This document shows positions 47,897 through 62,160 of a DNA stretch of 64,000 nucleotides, one piece after another. The notes beneath the pieces are model-generated. The model was not told where the DNA came from and did not search any database. It saw only the letters and a list, made by a program, of their open reading frames with translations. Positions within the stretch are counted from its first letter, which is position 1, and each line of letters opens with the position of its first letter. Origin of the DNA: Torpedo marmorata (Eukaryota); NCBI GenBank assembly GCA_977017645.1, contig OZ360221.1, positions 270,444,001-270,508,000 on the forward strand. The letters run 5' to 3'. A program made the position numbers and the translations under genes.

Positions 47897-50437
47897 AATA
47901 TTAATTATTCTTTGCTGTCTCATATTCTTTGATTTCACTTCTGTTCCAAAGTAGAGAAATTCCAGAATAATAATAAAATATCATGCATTTGGCTGTGTCA
48001 GATTACTTGAGACTATCCATTTGTAAGGGGTCTTAACATAACTGGCCTTATGCAGATGAGATGGGAGTCCATTAGAGGTAGGGTCAGTTGGAATAAGTAA
48101 TGGAGTTAAAAATGACACAGCAAAGTGGAGGTGCTCATATTTAAATAAAACCCTATCTTATCAAGTTATCTGCGAGCTAGTTACCTCAATCTCATTAACG
48201 TAGGAAACGGTGGCTGGGGAATGATGTGCCCCCTTTTGTAGAAAAGGCTCTTCTCTCGACCATTTGTCATGTTATAACTGGAGTAATTAGATCTTAGGTA
48301 CAGGCTAATGGGATAATTAGGCAAACAAGATAAATCTGGCATCATTTACAAAACCCTCTGCTTAGTGTCTGGAAGCAGCATGTTTGGCAGCTTGTGTTCA
48401 ACTTAATATTTAATTTGCATGGGCGGTAAAGTGAGTCGTGAATGAACGCAGCTGCAGGTGATACAATCCTTACAGTGGTTGATTGGAGTGGTTTTAAAAA
48501 AAAATATTTTATTTAAATTTTTTTTATCCATACATGCATAATTGTATATACATAACAAGATGTTATTCATTATTATTACACTGCTTATACATGATGGGTA
48601 AATCCCAGCCTCCCTCCCCCCAAACTAAAACCCCAGAAAAGAAGAAAGAAAAGAAAGGAAAAAAGTAAAATAATAGAAAAGTATGAAGAAAGATAAAGTG
48701 ACCTGGATGGTAAACAGTTCACACCTACATCACGGTTTTTAATTAGTTACTTTTTTTTCACATATTCTCAGGGGGAAATTAATGAGGCACTTGGTGAGGG
48801 AAAAGAAAAGACTATAAGTTTATTCCTACAATTTGTAAATATGGGCGCCAAATTTTCAAAAATACATCATATTTATTTCTTAAATTATAAGTAATCTTCT
48901 CAAGTGGGATACAACTACACATTTCTGTATTCCACCGTTCCATACCCAAATGGGAGTCTGATTTCCAAGTTACTGCTATACATTTTTTTGCTACTGCTAA
49001 TGCAATTTAATAAAATTCTTTGTGATACATATTTAATTTCAATTTGGGTCTTATCCCCTCAATATTACATAATAAAAACAACGTTGGATCTTGTGGAAAT
49101 TTAGTTCTCATAATCTGTTCTAAAAAGATTTTTAAGTCTATCCAAAAAGATCTTACTTTAGGGCAAGACCAAGTTGAATGTAGAAAAGTTCCTATTTCCT
49201 GATTACATCTAAAACATTGAACTGATAAGTCTGATTTTAACCTTTTCAGTTTCTGTGGTGTAATATATAATTGATGTAAAAAATTGTATTGAACCAATCT
49301 GTACCTAACATTTATTGTATTTGTCATACTATCTCGACATAACTCCGACCAATTTCGTTCATCAATATTTATATTCAAATCCATCTCCCATCTTTGTCTA
49401 GATCTATGAATCCCTTTTTTTAAAGTTCCTTTTTGTAATAAATTATACATGACTGAAATAATTTTTTTTATACGTCTATTCCGAATCAAAATTTCAATGT
49501 GACTAGGTTTCGGCAATAACATTGTTGGGCCTAATTTATCTCTTAAATATGCTTTTAACTGATAGTAACAAAAAAGTGTATTATTTTGTATTCCATATTT
49601 ATTTCTTAATTGTTCAAATGACATTAATTTATCTCCCTCATAACAATCTTCTATATATTTAATTCCTTTGCGAGACCATATGTTTAAATGTTGATTACAC
49701 ATTGTAAAAGGAATGAGTCGATTTTGAATTAAAGACATTCTTGTTAACAGAGGTCCCCTCATTTCATCATCAATGTTTATTTTTTCCACATGTTAATCAA
49801 ATGTTTCAACAGAGGGGTCTCTCTATCACCAGTTTTTTAAATTTAGATTCCCATTTATATATAAAATCTTCTGGTATTTTTTCTCCTATCTTATCTAATT
49901 CTATTTTAATCCACGCCGACTTCTCTCCTTCTTCAAAAAAAGATGCTATAAATCTCATTTGTGCTGCTTTATAGTAATTCTTGAAATTTGGAAGTTGTAA
50001 ACCTCTCAACTCATATTTCCATGTTAATTTTTCTAAAGAAACCCTCGACATCTTACCCTTCCAAAGAAATTTCCTTATAAATTTATTTAATTCTTGAAAA
50101 AACTTTTGTGGTAATAATATCGGTAATGTTTGAAACAAATATTGTACTCTAGGAAATATATTCATTTTAACACAATTAACTCTACCCAGAAAAGTTATTG
50201 GTAATGTCGTCCATTTATTAAGATCTTCTCCAATTTTCTTCAATAAAGGTAAGTAATTTAATTTGTATAAATTTTTAAATCATTATCTACTCGTATAGCT
50301 AAATACTTTATACCATTCACTGGCCATTTAAATTGAGTTTCTCTTTGACACTGAGTATAGTCTCCTGTAGTAAGAGGCATAATTTCACTCTTATCCCAAT
50401 TTATTTTATAACCCGATACTTTCCCATATTCTTTAAG

Positions 50438-53400
50438 TCCGACACCACAGTTGTCGGCAGAATCACAAACGGCAATGAGGAAGCGTACAGGAGGGAGATA
50501 GATCAGCTCGTTGAATGGTGTAATGGCAACAACCTTGAGCTCAATGTCAACAAAACCAAGGAGATGATTGTGGACTTCAGGAGGAAGTCAGGGGAACACG
50601 ACCCAGACCTCATCGAGGGCTCAGTCGTGGAGAGGGTCAAGAACTTCAAATTCCTGGGTGTCAACATCTCCGAGGATCTGTCCTGGAGCATCCATGTGGA
50701 TGCAATCACAAAGAAGGCTCGTCAGTGGCTATACTTTGTGAGGTGTTTGCGGAGATTCGGTATGTCACCAAAGACTCTCGTAAACTTCTACAGGTGTACC
50801 GTGGAGAGCATTCTGGCTGGTTTCATCACTGCCTGGTATGGAGGCACCAACTCCCAGGACAAGAGTAAACTCCAGAAGGTTGTTAACTCGGCCTGTGACA
50901 TCACAGGCACCAAACTTCACTCCATCAAGGACATCTACATGAGGCGGTGTCTTAAAAAAGCAGCCTCTATCCTCAAGGACCCCCACCACCCAGGCCATGC
51001 CCTCTTCACTCTGCTTCCATCGGGGAAAAGGTACAGGAGCCTAAAGACGAGCACTCAACGGCACAAGGACAGCTTCTTCCCCGCTGCCATCAGATTCCTG
51101 AATAATCAATGAACCAAAGACACTGCCTTACTTTTCGTGCACTATTATTTATAATTTTTTATAGTAATGTCGTTAGATGGTTTTTTTTTTATAATTTTAT
51201 TTAACTTTTAAAATCACAAAATACATGAATCAAAAATAGTATATCATTCAAAATACATGTGATATATTACCTCCCCCCTTCCCACCCTTCCCTCCCCAAC
51301 CCTCCCACACTATTCTAATAAAAAAAAAGGGAAAGAGAAAAAAAAAGAGGTATTAGTTAAAAAGAAAAAAGAAGAATAGAATTGAATAATAAAGATTTAA
51401 GAGTTAGAATGAGGAGAAAACAATTACAAGCTAACTCTACTTATATATTGGAGGTTACATTTGTCAGCGGTACCAACTTTTAGAGAATTAATTCATACCC
51501 ATAATTCTCATATATGGGCTCCAAATTTTCAAAAAGAAATGATATTTATCTCGTAAATTATATGTAATTTTTTCCAATGGTATACAAGAACGTAATTCTG
51601 CATGTAGTCTATCTAAATTCAAATCTAAATCTGATTTCCAAGTAATAGCGATACATTTTTTTGAAATCGCTAACACAATTCGTAAAAATTCTATTTGATA
51701 CATATTCAATCTATTTCTAATACTAATTTTTTTAATATCTCCAAATAAAAATACCATAGGATCCATTGGAATCGTAATATTAAAAATTTTATCTAAAAAA
51801 TCCTTAACTTTAGACCAAAAATTTTGGATTTTTAAACATGACCATGTACAATGTACAAAAGAACCTATTTCATCTTTACACCTAAAACACATATCTGATA
51901 ATGCCGGATTAAATTTCTTTAATTTTTTAGGTGTTATATATAATTGATGAAAAAAATTATATTGTACTAATCTATATCTAACATTAATAATTTTAGTCAT
52001 ACTCAATTTACATAATTCTTTCCAATGTTGTTCATCTATACTAATATTTAAATCTGACTTCCAATTTAATCTAGATTTATGTAATCTTACTTGAGGCATC
52101 TTTCTCTGAAATAGTTTATACATTTGTGATATAAATTTATTAACATTTCCATTAGTAATTAGTAACTCTAATCCATCTTGTCTAGGAGATATTAATTGAT
52201 TCCCCAATTTCTCAACTAAAAATCCTTTAACCTGATAATAAGCCAAAATCGTATTATCCATTATTCCAAATTTTTCTTTCAACCTTGAAAAAGTAACAAA
52301 TCTTCCCGCCTCAAAGCAATCTTTGATCTTCTTAATTCCTTTTTGATACCATAATTTTAAAAATTGGTTATCAATAGAAAAAGGTAACAATAAATTCTGA
52401 TATAATGGCATATTTAAAGATATTGATCCTTTTCGTCCTATCTTATAATCTAACTGAGTCCAAATTTCCAATAAATGTTTAATAATCGGTGATTTTTTCT
52501 TTTTAATTAATAATAATTTAGAATTCCATTTATAAATAATATCTTCCTTATATCTTTCCCCTATATTACTCAATTCTATATTAATCCAAGCAGTATTTTT
52601 AGTTAAGTCAAAAAATTCATTAATAAATTTTAATTGTGCTGCCTTATAGTAATATTGAAAATTGGGAAGCTGTAATCCACCCTTTTCGTATTCCCAAGTT
52701 AATTTATCTATACTTACCCTTGCTAATTTTCCTTTCCATAAAAACTTTCTAACAATGATTTTTAAATCTTTGAAAAATTTTTGAGGAATACCAAAAGGTA
52801 TAGATTGAAAAAGATATTGAACTCTTGGAAAAATATTCATTTTAATACAATTCACTCTTCCCATTAGAGTTATAGGTAAATCTTTCCAATTTTCCAAATC
52901 TTTCTTTATTTTCTGAAATAAAGGTATATAATTTAATTTATATAAATTTTCCAATTTTGTATCTACTTTAACTCCCAAATATTTAATTGCTTCTTTAGCC
53001 CATTTAAATTTTGTAACTTCTTTACATTTAGTATAGTCTCCTTGAGATAAAGCCATTATCTCACTCTTATCCGAGTTTATTTTATATCCAGATATCTCAC
53101 CATACTCCCTCAATATCTTATCTAATTGTTGAAGCGATTCAATAGATTTCGTCATATGTATTAATACATCATCTGCAAACAAACTAATTTTATGTTCTTC
53201 TGCACCTACTTTAATCCCATTTATATTAATATCTTTCCTAATCATTTCAGCCAGCGGTTCTATTGCCAATACAAACAAAGCAGGTGACAAAGGACATCCT
53301 TGTCTTGTTGATCGTGTCAAGGAAAATTTAGATGATATTTGACCATTTGTAATTACTCTAGCTGTAGGTTCCTTATATATAGTCTTAATCCAATTTATAA

Positions 53401-54112
53401 AAATATTTCCAAATCCATATTTCTCTAAAACCTTAAATAAAAAATTCCATTCTAATCTATCAAATGCTTTTTCTGCATCTAATGCTATCACTAATGGCAA
53501 ATCCTGTTTCCTTTTTTGTAAATTAATTAAACTTATTAATCTTGCTATATTATCCTTCGAATATCTATTTTTAATAAATCCTGCTTGGTCTGGATGTATT
53601 AAACACGGTAAGGACTTAGCTAATCTATTTGTCAAAATTTTTGCCATTATTTTATAATCTACATTCAACAGTGATATAGGTCTATACGACTCAGTTTTTA
53701 ATACATCTCTATCTTTCTTTGGTATAACTGTAATAATAGCATTTAAAAATGTTTTCGGTAATAAATGAGTTTCCTTTATTTGAGTCAACACTTCCATATA
53801 TATAGGTATCAATAAATCTTTAAACTTCTTATAAAACTCTATCGGAAATCCATCATCACCAGGAGATTTACCACTTTTCAATGACGATAAAGCTTCACCT
53901 ACTTCTCTCATTGTAATAGGTAAATCTAACAAATCTCTATTAAAACTATTCAATTTAGGCAATGTAATTTTAGATAAAAAATTATCAATTTTTGTAACAT
54001 CTTGATTCGTTAGATGGTTAATATGAATGTTAATTGCACTATGATGCTGCCGCAAAACACCGAATTTCATGACTTGTTCATGACAATAAATTCTGATTCT
54101 GATTCTGATTCT
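50438..54112 (+). mobile_element. Young Rex1/Babar nested in the old L1; its 3' UTR is split by another L1
   Basis: Open frame DTTVVGRI...AIRFLNNQ (to 51112). The 3' UTR resumes at 54007 and ends in (ATTCTG)n. Confidence 0.92.
51183..54006 (-). mobile_element. Young 5'-truncated L1 with an uninterrupted ORF2 remainder (about 840 codons: RT and Cys-rich domain)
   Basis: KSPGDDGF, YRPISLLN, QGCPLSP, LFADD and CFRC..HCTWSC motifs; poly(A); 13-bp TSD TCGTTAGATGGTT at 51170-51182 and 54007-54019. Confidence 0.95.
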
Positions 54113-54934
54113 AAATATAATTTACGTAATGAACTTATTGGTTCTGTCAAATAAATTAAAACATCATCAGCAAATAAATTAATTTTATATTCTTCTCTAT
54201 TAAGTTTAAATCCTTTAATCTCTGGATTTGACCGTACTAATTCTGCAAGTGGTTCTATTGCTAAAATAAATAAAGCTGGTGATAATGGACAACCTAGTCT
54301 ACTCGATCTTGTTAATGGGCATGGTGCAGAGACCTGTCCATTTGTTACCACTCTGGCCCTAGGTTCATTATATAAAGCTTTAATCCATTTTACATATATC
54401 TGTCCCATCCCATATTTTTCCAAAACCTTAAATAAAAAATCCCATTCTAATCTAGCAAACGTCTTTTCGGCATCCAAAGCCACTGTTACACTTAAATCTC
54501 CTCTTTTCTGTGCTAAATGTATTATACTAATCTAATCTGCAGATTGTCTTTTTTGTACAAATCCTGTTTGATCCGTATTTATCAATTTTGGTAAATATTC
54601 CGTCAGCCTATTTGATACAATTTTTGCTATTATCTTATAATCTGCATTTAATAAAGATATAGACCTATACAATGCTGTTTTTAAAGGGTCTCTGTCCTTT
54701 TTTGGTATTACTGTTAATATTTCTGTAGAAAAGGAATCCGGGAGAGTGTGTGTCTCCGCCGATTGTTGCCCTACCTCCATAAATGGAGGAATCAACAGAT
54801 CTTTAAATTCTTTATAAAATTCAGGCGGAAAACCATCCTCTCCAGGAGATTTATTACTTTGTAATGAGCTCAACGCTTCACACACCTCTTTTGATGTAAA
54901 CGGGGCGTCCAACCCAGTTTGTTCTTCCAAACTT

Positions 54935-57900
54935 TTTTATTTTTTTTAATTTTATTTAAACTTTTAATCACAAAATACATAAAATAAAATATATAATCAT
55001 CAAAATACATGTGATACATTTTACACCCCCCCCACCTCCCTCCCCTCCCTAACCCCCATCCCCACTAATCTAGTAATATAAGTAAAATAAAAATAGAAAT
55101 AGAAAAAAAAAGAAAGGAAAAGATAGTGTAAGGGGAATATCATCAATAAACTAATTCTATTACGGAGGTCAAATATGCCAGTAGATCCGATATCTAGAGA
55201 TCTTCAAATCCTTAAACCCACAGCTCTCATATATGGGCTCCAAATTTTCAAAAAGAAATGATATTTATTACGTAAATTATAAGTAATTTTTTCCAGTGGT
55301 ATACACGAACGAAGCTCTGCATGCCATCTTTCTAATCCTAAATCTAAATCAGATTTCCAAGTAATAGCAATGCATTTTTTTGAAACCGCTAAAGCAATTC
55401 ATAAAAATTCTACTTGAAACATATTTAATTTCTTTTTAATACTAAATTTTCTAATATCTCCAAATAAAAATAACATAGGATCCATTGGAAATGTAATATT
55501 TTAAATACTTTATCTAAAATTTTTTTAACTTTCAACCAAAAATCTTGAATCTTTGGACAAAACCATGTAGAGTGAACAAAAGAACCTTCCTCATTATTGC
55601 ATCTGAAACATAGTCCTGATAATGTCGGATTAAATTTCTTTAATTTTTTAGGTGTTAAATATAATTGATGAAAGAAATTATACTGTACTAATCTATATCT
55701 AACATTAATAATTTTTGTCATACTTAACTTACATAAATCTTTCCAATGATTTTCATCTATATTTACATTTAAATCTAATTCCCATTTTAATCTTGATTTA
55801 TGCAATCCTATTTTAGGCATTTTCCTCTGAAACAATTTATACATTTGAGAAATAAATTTATTAACTTCTCCATTAGTAACTAATAATTCTAATTCATTTT
55901 GTCTTGGTAAAATCAAAGCATGACCTAATTTCTTGGTTAAAAAAGCTTTAACTTGATAATAAGCTAAAAATGTATTATTTAATATATTAAATTTATCTTT
56001 CATTCTTGGAAACGTAATAAATCTTCCAGTTTCAAAACAATCATTAATCTTCTTAATACCTTTTTGAAACCAAATTTTAAATAATTGATTGTTAACAGTA
56101 AATGGTATAAGTCCATTTTGATATAGTGGCATATTTGAAGAAATTAATCCTCTTCCACCTATCTCTTTATCCAACTTACCCCATATTTCTAACAAATGTT
56201 TAATAATCGGTGAATTTTTCTTTTTTACTGATATTAATTTGGAATCCCATTTATAAATAATCTCTTCTTTAAAATTTTCTCCTATATTATTTAATTCTAT
56301 TTTAATCCAAGCAGAAGTTTTATTTGAATCAAAAAATTCATTAACAAATTTTAATTGGACTGCTTTATAATAATTTTGAAAATTAGGAAGTTGCAATCCA
56401 CCCAACTCATAATTCCAAGTTAATTTTTCCATACTTACTCTTGCTAATTTTCCTTTCCACAAAAATTTCCTAATAATAAAATTTAAATCTTTAAAACATT
56501 TTTGAGGAATTCCAAAAGGAATTGATTGAAAAAGATACTGAACTCTTGGAAAAATATTCATTTTAATACAATTTACCCTTCCCATTAAAGTTATAGGTAA
56601 ATCTTTCCAATTCTCTAAATCTTTCTTTATTTTCACAAATAATGGTAAATAATTTAATTTATATAAGTTTTCCAATTTTGTATCAACCTTAACCCCTAAA
56701 TATTTAATTCCCTCTTTAGCCCATTTAAATTGTGTTATTTCTTTACATCTAGTATAATCACCTTGAGATAAAGCCATTATTTCACTCTTATCTGAATTAA
56801 TTTTATATCCAGATATTTCACCATATTCTCTTAATATAATAGATAATTGTTGAAGTGATATAATAGATTTTGTCATATATATCAATACATCATCTGCAAA
56901 CAAACTAATCTTATGTTCTTCCATACCAACTTTAATACCCACTATTTTAGGATCTTTTCTAACTAATTCAGCCAAAGGTTCTATTGCCAAAACAAATAAA
57001 GCTGGTGACAGGGGATATCCATGTCTCGTAGATCGTGTCAAAGAAAATTTTGGCGATATTTGTCCATTTGTAATTACTTTAGCTGATGGTTCTTTATATA
57101 TAGTTTTAATCCAATTTATAAATATATTTCCAAAACCAAATTTTTCTAATACCTTAAATAAAAAATTCTATTCTAATCTATCAAAAGCCTTTTCAGCATC
57201 TAATGTTACAACTAATGGTAAATCTTGTTTCTTTTTATGCAAACCAATTAAACTAATTAATCTAGCTATATTATCCTTTGAATATCTATTTTTAATAAAA
57301 CCAGCTTGATCTAGGTGTATCAAATCTGGCAAATATTTAGCAATTCTGTTTGCTAAAATTTTTGCCATTATTTTATAATCTACATTTAATAATGAAATAG
57401 GTCTATATGATTCAGTTTTTAATACATCTCTATCTTTCTTTGGTATAACTGTAATTATAGCATTTAAAAATGTTTTCGGTAATAAATGAGTTTCTGTAAT
57501 TTGATCTAGTACTTCCATATATTGAGGTATTAATAAATCTTTGAATTCTTTATAAAATTCTGATGAAAACCCATCATCACCCGAAGATTTACCACTCTTC
57601 AACGAAGAAAAAACTTCACTAACTTCTCTCATTGTAAAAGGTAAATCTAAAGAATCTCTACTCCGGTCATTTAATTTAGGTAATGTGATTTTAGATAAGA
57701 ATCTATTAATTTTAGAATCATCTTGATCAATCTGTGATCTATATAAATTCTGATAATAGTCTTTAAAAGATTCATTTATCTCTTGAGGTTTATAAGTTAT
57801 TTCTCCGGTATTTTTCTTCCTTATAGCATTTATAGTTTTAGAAACTTGTTCCTTTTTCAATTGCCATGCCAAAACCTTATGTGCTCTTTCTCCTAATTCA

Positions 57901-58499
57901 TAATATTTTTGTTTAGTTTTCTCAATTAATTTTTCCATTCTATATGTTTGCAACAAATTATAATGTAATTTCTTCCCTATTAAACGATTTCTTTTTTGAA
58001 TTGATCTATTTCTCTGTAAATCTTTCTCCATAAGTTCAATCTCCTTCTCCAATTTTTCTGATTCCCTAAGATAATCTTTCTTAATTTTAACTGAATAACT
58101 TATTATTAAGCCCCTTAAATAAGCTTTTAAAGCTTCCCATACTATAAATTTATCATTAGTAGAGTTAACATTTATTCGTAAAAATTCCTGAATTTCTCTT
58201 CTTATATATTCACAAAAATCTTTCCTTTTTAATAACGACGAGTCAAATCTCCAATTATATATAGTTTTTTCTCTTTCCGGAATTATACAGGACAATAACA
58301 AAGGTGAGTGATCAGAGATTACCCTCGCTTTATAAGATACTTGCGATATTCTATTTTGAACTTGTGATGATAATAAAAATAAATCTATTCTAGAATATGA
58401 ATCATGTCTAAAAGAATAAAATGAATAATCTTTTTCCCTAGGATTCAATCTCCTCCAAATATCTATTAAGTTTAAATCTTTCATCAAACTAAGAACTTT
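54935..58499 (-). mobile_element. 5'-truncated L1 (EN C-terminal half, RT, C-terminus) with a stop and a frameshift
   Basis: ORFs 57168..58487 (SRIDLF, SDHSP) and 55425..57041; 17-bp TSD TTTGTTCTTCCAAACTT at 54918-54934 and 58500-58516. Confidence 0.95.
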
Positions 58500-58681
58500 T
58501 TTGTTCTTCCAAACTTAACCTTGGTAAATTTATTTGTGATAAAAAGCTTTCTATCTTATTATCATCTCTTTGCGACTCAGATTGATATAACTTAGAATAA
58601 AAAAATTTAAATGCTACATTAATTTCTTGAGGTTTATAAGTAATCACATTTGCATCTGTTTTTATTGCATTAATTATTCTT

Positions 58682-58964
58682 TAAAAAATTATTTAAAATT
58701 TTAAATCACTCGATAATACATGTTATAAAATGCAAACTTATCAAAATACATGTGATATATTTTCACCCCCCCCTCCCTCCCTTCCCTCCCTAACCCTCCC
58801 ACCCTTACTATTCTAATAAGACAGAAAGAAAGAAAGAAAGAAAAGATAAAGTAAGGAGAATGTCAATCTAAAAAGAATATGTATAAGCTAATTTTATTGT
58901 GGAACACAGGTTCGCCAGTCAGATCTGATATCCAGAGATCTTCAAATCCTTAAACCCACAGTTT
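58682..58964 (-). mobile_element. Very short L1 3'-end insertion
   Basis: Matches 1-245 and 54970-55220; 8-bp TSD TTATTCTT at 58674-58681 and 58965-58972. Confidence 0.88.
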
Positions 58965-60106
58965 TTATTCTTGAAGTTTGCTCTGCTTTCAATTGCCAAG
59001 CAAGAATTTATGAGCTCTTTCACCTAATTCATAGTATCTCTGTTTAGTTTGCATTATTGTTTTTTCTGTTCTATATGTTTGCAGTGTATTATATTGAAGT
59101 TTCTTACTAATAAGCCTTCTACGTTTCTCCTCAGAGATCCATTTTTGTAAATCCTTCTCTGTGTGTTATCTCATTCTCCAGTTGTTCTGATTCCTTCATA
59201 TATTCCTTCTTAATTTTCGAAGTATAACTTATAATTTTTCCTCTTAAGTAAGCTTTCATCGTGCCCCATAGAATAAATTTATTGTTAACCGAATTAGAAT
59301 TTGTCCAAAGAAAAATTGAATTTGTTTTCTAATAAAATCACAAAAATCTGGTCTTTTTAACAACATTGAATTAAATCTCCACCTATAAACTGATTCTTCT
59401 TTATCTGTCATTATAATTGTCATTAATAAGTGTGAATGGTCTGATAATATTCTAGCTTTATAATCCACCTGTTTAATCTTATCTTGAAGATGTGCTGATA
59501 TTGAAAATACTCCTATTCTTGAATAAGAGTCATGTCTGTTTGAATAAAAAGAATAATCTCTTTCCCTTGGGTAAATTCTTCTCCATGCATCTATTAAATT
59601 TAGATCTTTCATTAACATCAATGTTGCGTTTGCTGCTTTTGTCCTTATAGCTCTAGTTGATCTGTCTAAGACTGGATCCAAACAGAAATTGAAGTCCCCT
59701 CCTACTAACATGTTGTTATGTGCTTCTGCTAAATTAAGAAAAGTTTATTGTATAAACTTTTTGTCATCTACATTTGGTGCATATATATTCATAAGAGTCC
59801 ATAGTTCAGAAAAAATTTGACAATTTACTACCACATATCTTCCTGCAGGATCGATTACTATATTCTGTATCTTAACCGGGAGGGTTTTCTTTATCAAAAT
59901 TGCTACCCCCCTTGCTTTTGAATTAAATGATATATCCTACCCAATCCCTTTTTAATTTCTGATGCTCTTTCTCAGTTAAATGGGTTTCTTGTAAAAAAGC
60001 TATATCTGTTTTCATTTTTTTTAATATGTGCCAATATTCTTTTTCTCTTCACCTGACAATTCAGCCCATTAACATTAAAACTTTAAAAATTTACTGTATT
60101 ACTCAT
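58965..60106 (-). pseudogene. Old L1 ORF2 N-terminal APE endonuclease, disrupted
   Basis: ATG at 60106; SFNVNGLN, LQETH, NIYAPN, GGDFN, YSRIG and SDHS motifs, with stops and frameshifts. Confidence 0.88.
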
Positions 60107-60409
60107 AAGTAAATCAAATTTCTCCCTCCCTTCTCACCTCACATCTCCCCAAGAGTCTTATATTTATAATCTACTGTGTTGTAGTGCGTCCTCCTCAACC
60201 ATCCAGGTAAAAATAAAAAATAAAAAGTATGTATAGAGTAATAAAAGACCCCCCTATTAATGTTGCTTAAATAATATGCAACACTACCCCCCTCAATTTT
60301 ATGGGTTGTGGCTTTTTCCACAATTACACACATGATTTCGTAGTAGTCAGTCCATATCCCCTCCAACCCACCCGGATATTAACCAAATATAAGTCCATCT
60401 TTAACTTCA

Positions 60410-61330
60410 TCATTAATCATGGATTTTTACAATTCCTCCTGTTGGTCGTCCATCCTTTGGATATCTGGTAGTGATTCCACAAAATCTTCTGCCATCAAAT
60501 GGTTTGTAAAAAATTTACTTTGTCCATTTCCTAGAAAGATCTTCAAAGTAGCAGGGTGTCGTAGGTAAAATCTGTATCCTTTTTTCCACAAGTCATTCTT
60601 CACCTTGTTAAATTCTTTTCAACAATTCATAACTTATATCCGAATAAATGAATACTTTGTTTCCGTCAGATCTCAATTCTTATTTACCCACTTTAGCTCT
60701 TCGTACCGCTGCTGTTAGTATTGCTCCTCTATCTTGATAATGGAGACATTTTATCAGTATTGATCTTGGCTTTTGATCTTGTAGTTGACGTGGTCTCAAA
60801 GCTCTGTGTACTCTTTCAATTTCAATAAGTTTATCCATTGTTATTTCCAAAACTTGTGGTATCCATGTTTGAAAAAAGCTTATCGGATCCTCACCTTCTG
60901 TGCCTTCTTTAAGACCAACAATTTTAATATTATTTCTTCTACTGAAATTTTCCAGTACATCTATTTTATCCCAGAGCTGTTTCCTTTCACTAATCCATAC
61001 ATCTGCATTATTTTCCATACGATCCACTCTTCCTTGTACTCCTTCCATCTCATTCTCCATATTTTTAACTTTTTTATCAACTTTGTCCATTCTGTTATTC
61101 ACTTTTGTCACCACTTCAAAATAACTTTTCATTTCTGCTCTCAATTCTTTAAATTCTCTCATTATGGATATATATCTTTCCTCATTCAGTTTAGGTTTCC
61201 TACCTTTATCTTTAGGAACTTTAGAAGCTATAGGTGTTGGTCGTTCTAGTTCATACTCCTCTTCTTCGTCGCTGGCCTGAGGTGAAGTGTCCTGTTCATT
61301 GACATTTTGGGTCTTTTGTGCTCTGCGCTC
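60410..61330 (-). pseudogene. Old L1 ORF1 (coiled coil, RRM, CTD), disrupted
   Basis: ORF 60680..61162 has a heptad region, then LENFSRRNNIKIVGLKEG..IERVHR; downstream GYRFYLRHPATLKIF. Confidence 0.88.
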
Positions 61331-62024
61331 TGATTGGAGTGGTTCATTGCAAATTTTGTTTGAAGAACAAAGTTATCTGTCAACAAATGCAAAACATACA
61401 CCATATTGCCCTAGCCCAACAATCCCATGCCTACTTTGAAATCTTGAATCACAATCAATCAACCTCTGATTGATAATAACGTGTTGTCATTCTGAAGTAT
61501 CTGAAATAAATTGATTGAAGAATATCCTTCAAAGCTGTAGGCCAAACATTTACATGGAACTGAAGGCCATACAATGTCTGCTTTAAAGGGCCGCTGCCAA
61601 GTGATTAAGTTTTCGTTCTGGTAGGCTCTTCTGCAAGTAAATTGCTCCCAACAATTCATTTGCTGCCAATATGGTAAAGTCACCATGATTCTTCCCAATT
61701 TTGTCTACTGCTGAGGGTTCCAAATCTCTGCTTGGCCAGCCTCGTCCAACACCTTTCAAATCCTCTCCAACACTAACTCATTCCCACCCTCAACGATCTC
61801 CTGACCAGTGGCCTATCCAATCCTTGACTAATTATCCCTCTGACCACTATGATCATCTCTGACTTTCTCCCTTCCTTCATCAAGTCTCTCTCCACGATTG
61901 CCTGTCTTTGCTGCAATCCTTTCTTTTGGCCCTGCAATTCTCTCCACTCTGCTATCGGTTCCTTCCTCAACCCCCCTGATCCTCCCTTCTCTGCAACACT
62001 AGTCAACTAACTGCCATCGTGAGC

Positions 62025-62160
62025 TCTAACCTTGGTGAGGCTCAGGCCCGAAACGCTGGTTAACCTTCCTAAGGATGTTGCCTGACCTGCTGAGTTTCTC
62101 CAGCACTTTTGTGTATTGCACTCAACTTCAACGTCTGTAGCAGGCTTCCTTGTTTAACTT
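62025..62160 (+). mobile_element. PLE pLTR fragment
   Basis: GGCTCAGGCCCGAAACGCTGG..TGACCTGCTGAGTTTCTCCAGCA. Confidence 0.75.

Larger units (their letters stand above)
48494..61330 (-). mobile_element. Old near-full-length L1 (about 5.3 kb own sequence, decayed ORF1 and ORF2) carrying four nested insertions
   Basis: 14-bp TSD TGATTGGAGTGGTT at 48480-48493 and 61331-61344. ORF2 pieces at 48840-50437, 54109-54934, 58500-58681 and 58965-60106 are collinear. Confidence 0.92.

Noticed and set aside
50333-51112. Chimeric ORFs (also 7058, 10242, 11678, 23801, 33396, 43852, 54067) as novel fusion proteins
   Set aside because: They are chance read-through across TE insertion or inversion junctions.
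51488-54070. 860-aa ORF as a complete or domesticated gene
   Set aside because: The first ~20 codons come from the antisense Rex1 tail; the rest is a 5'-truncated L1 ORF2 inside a TSD.
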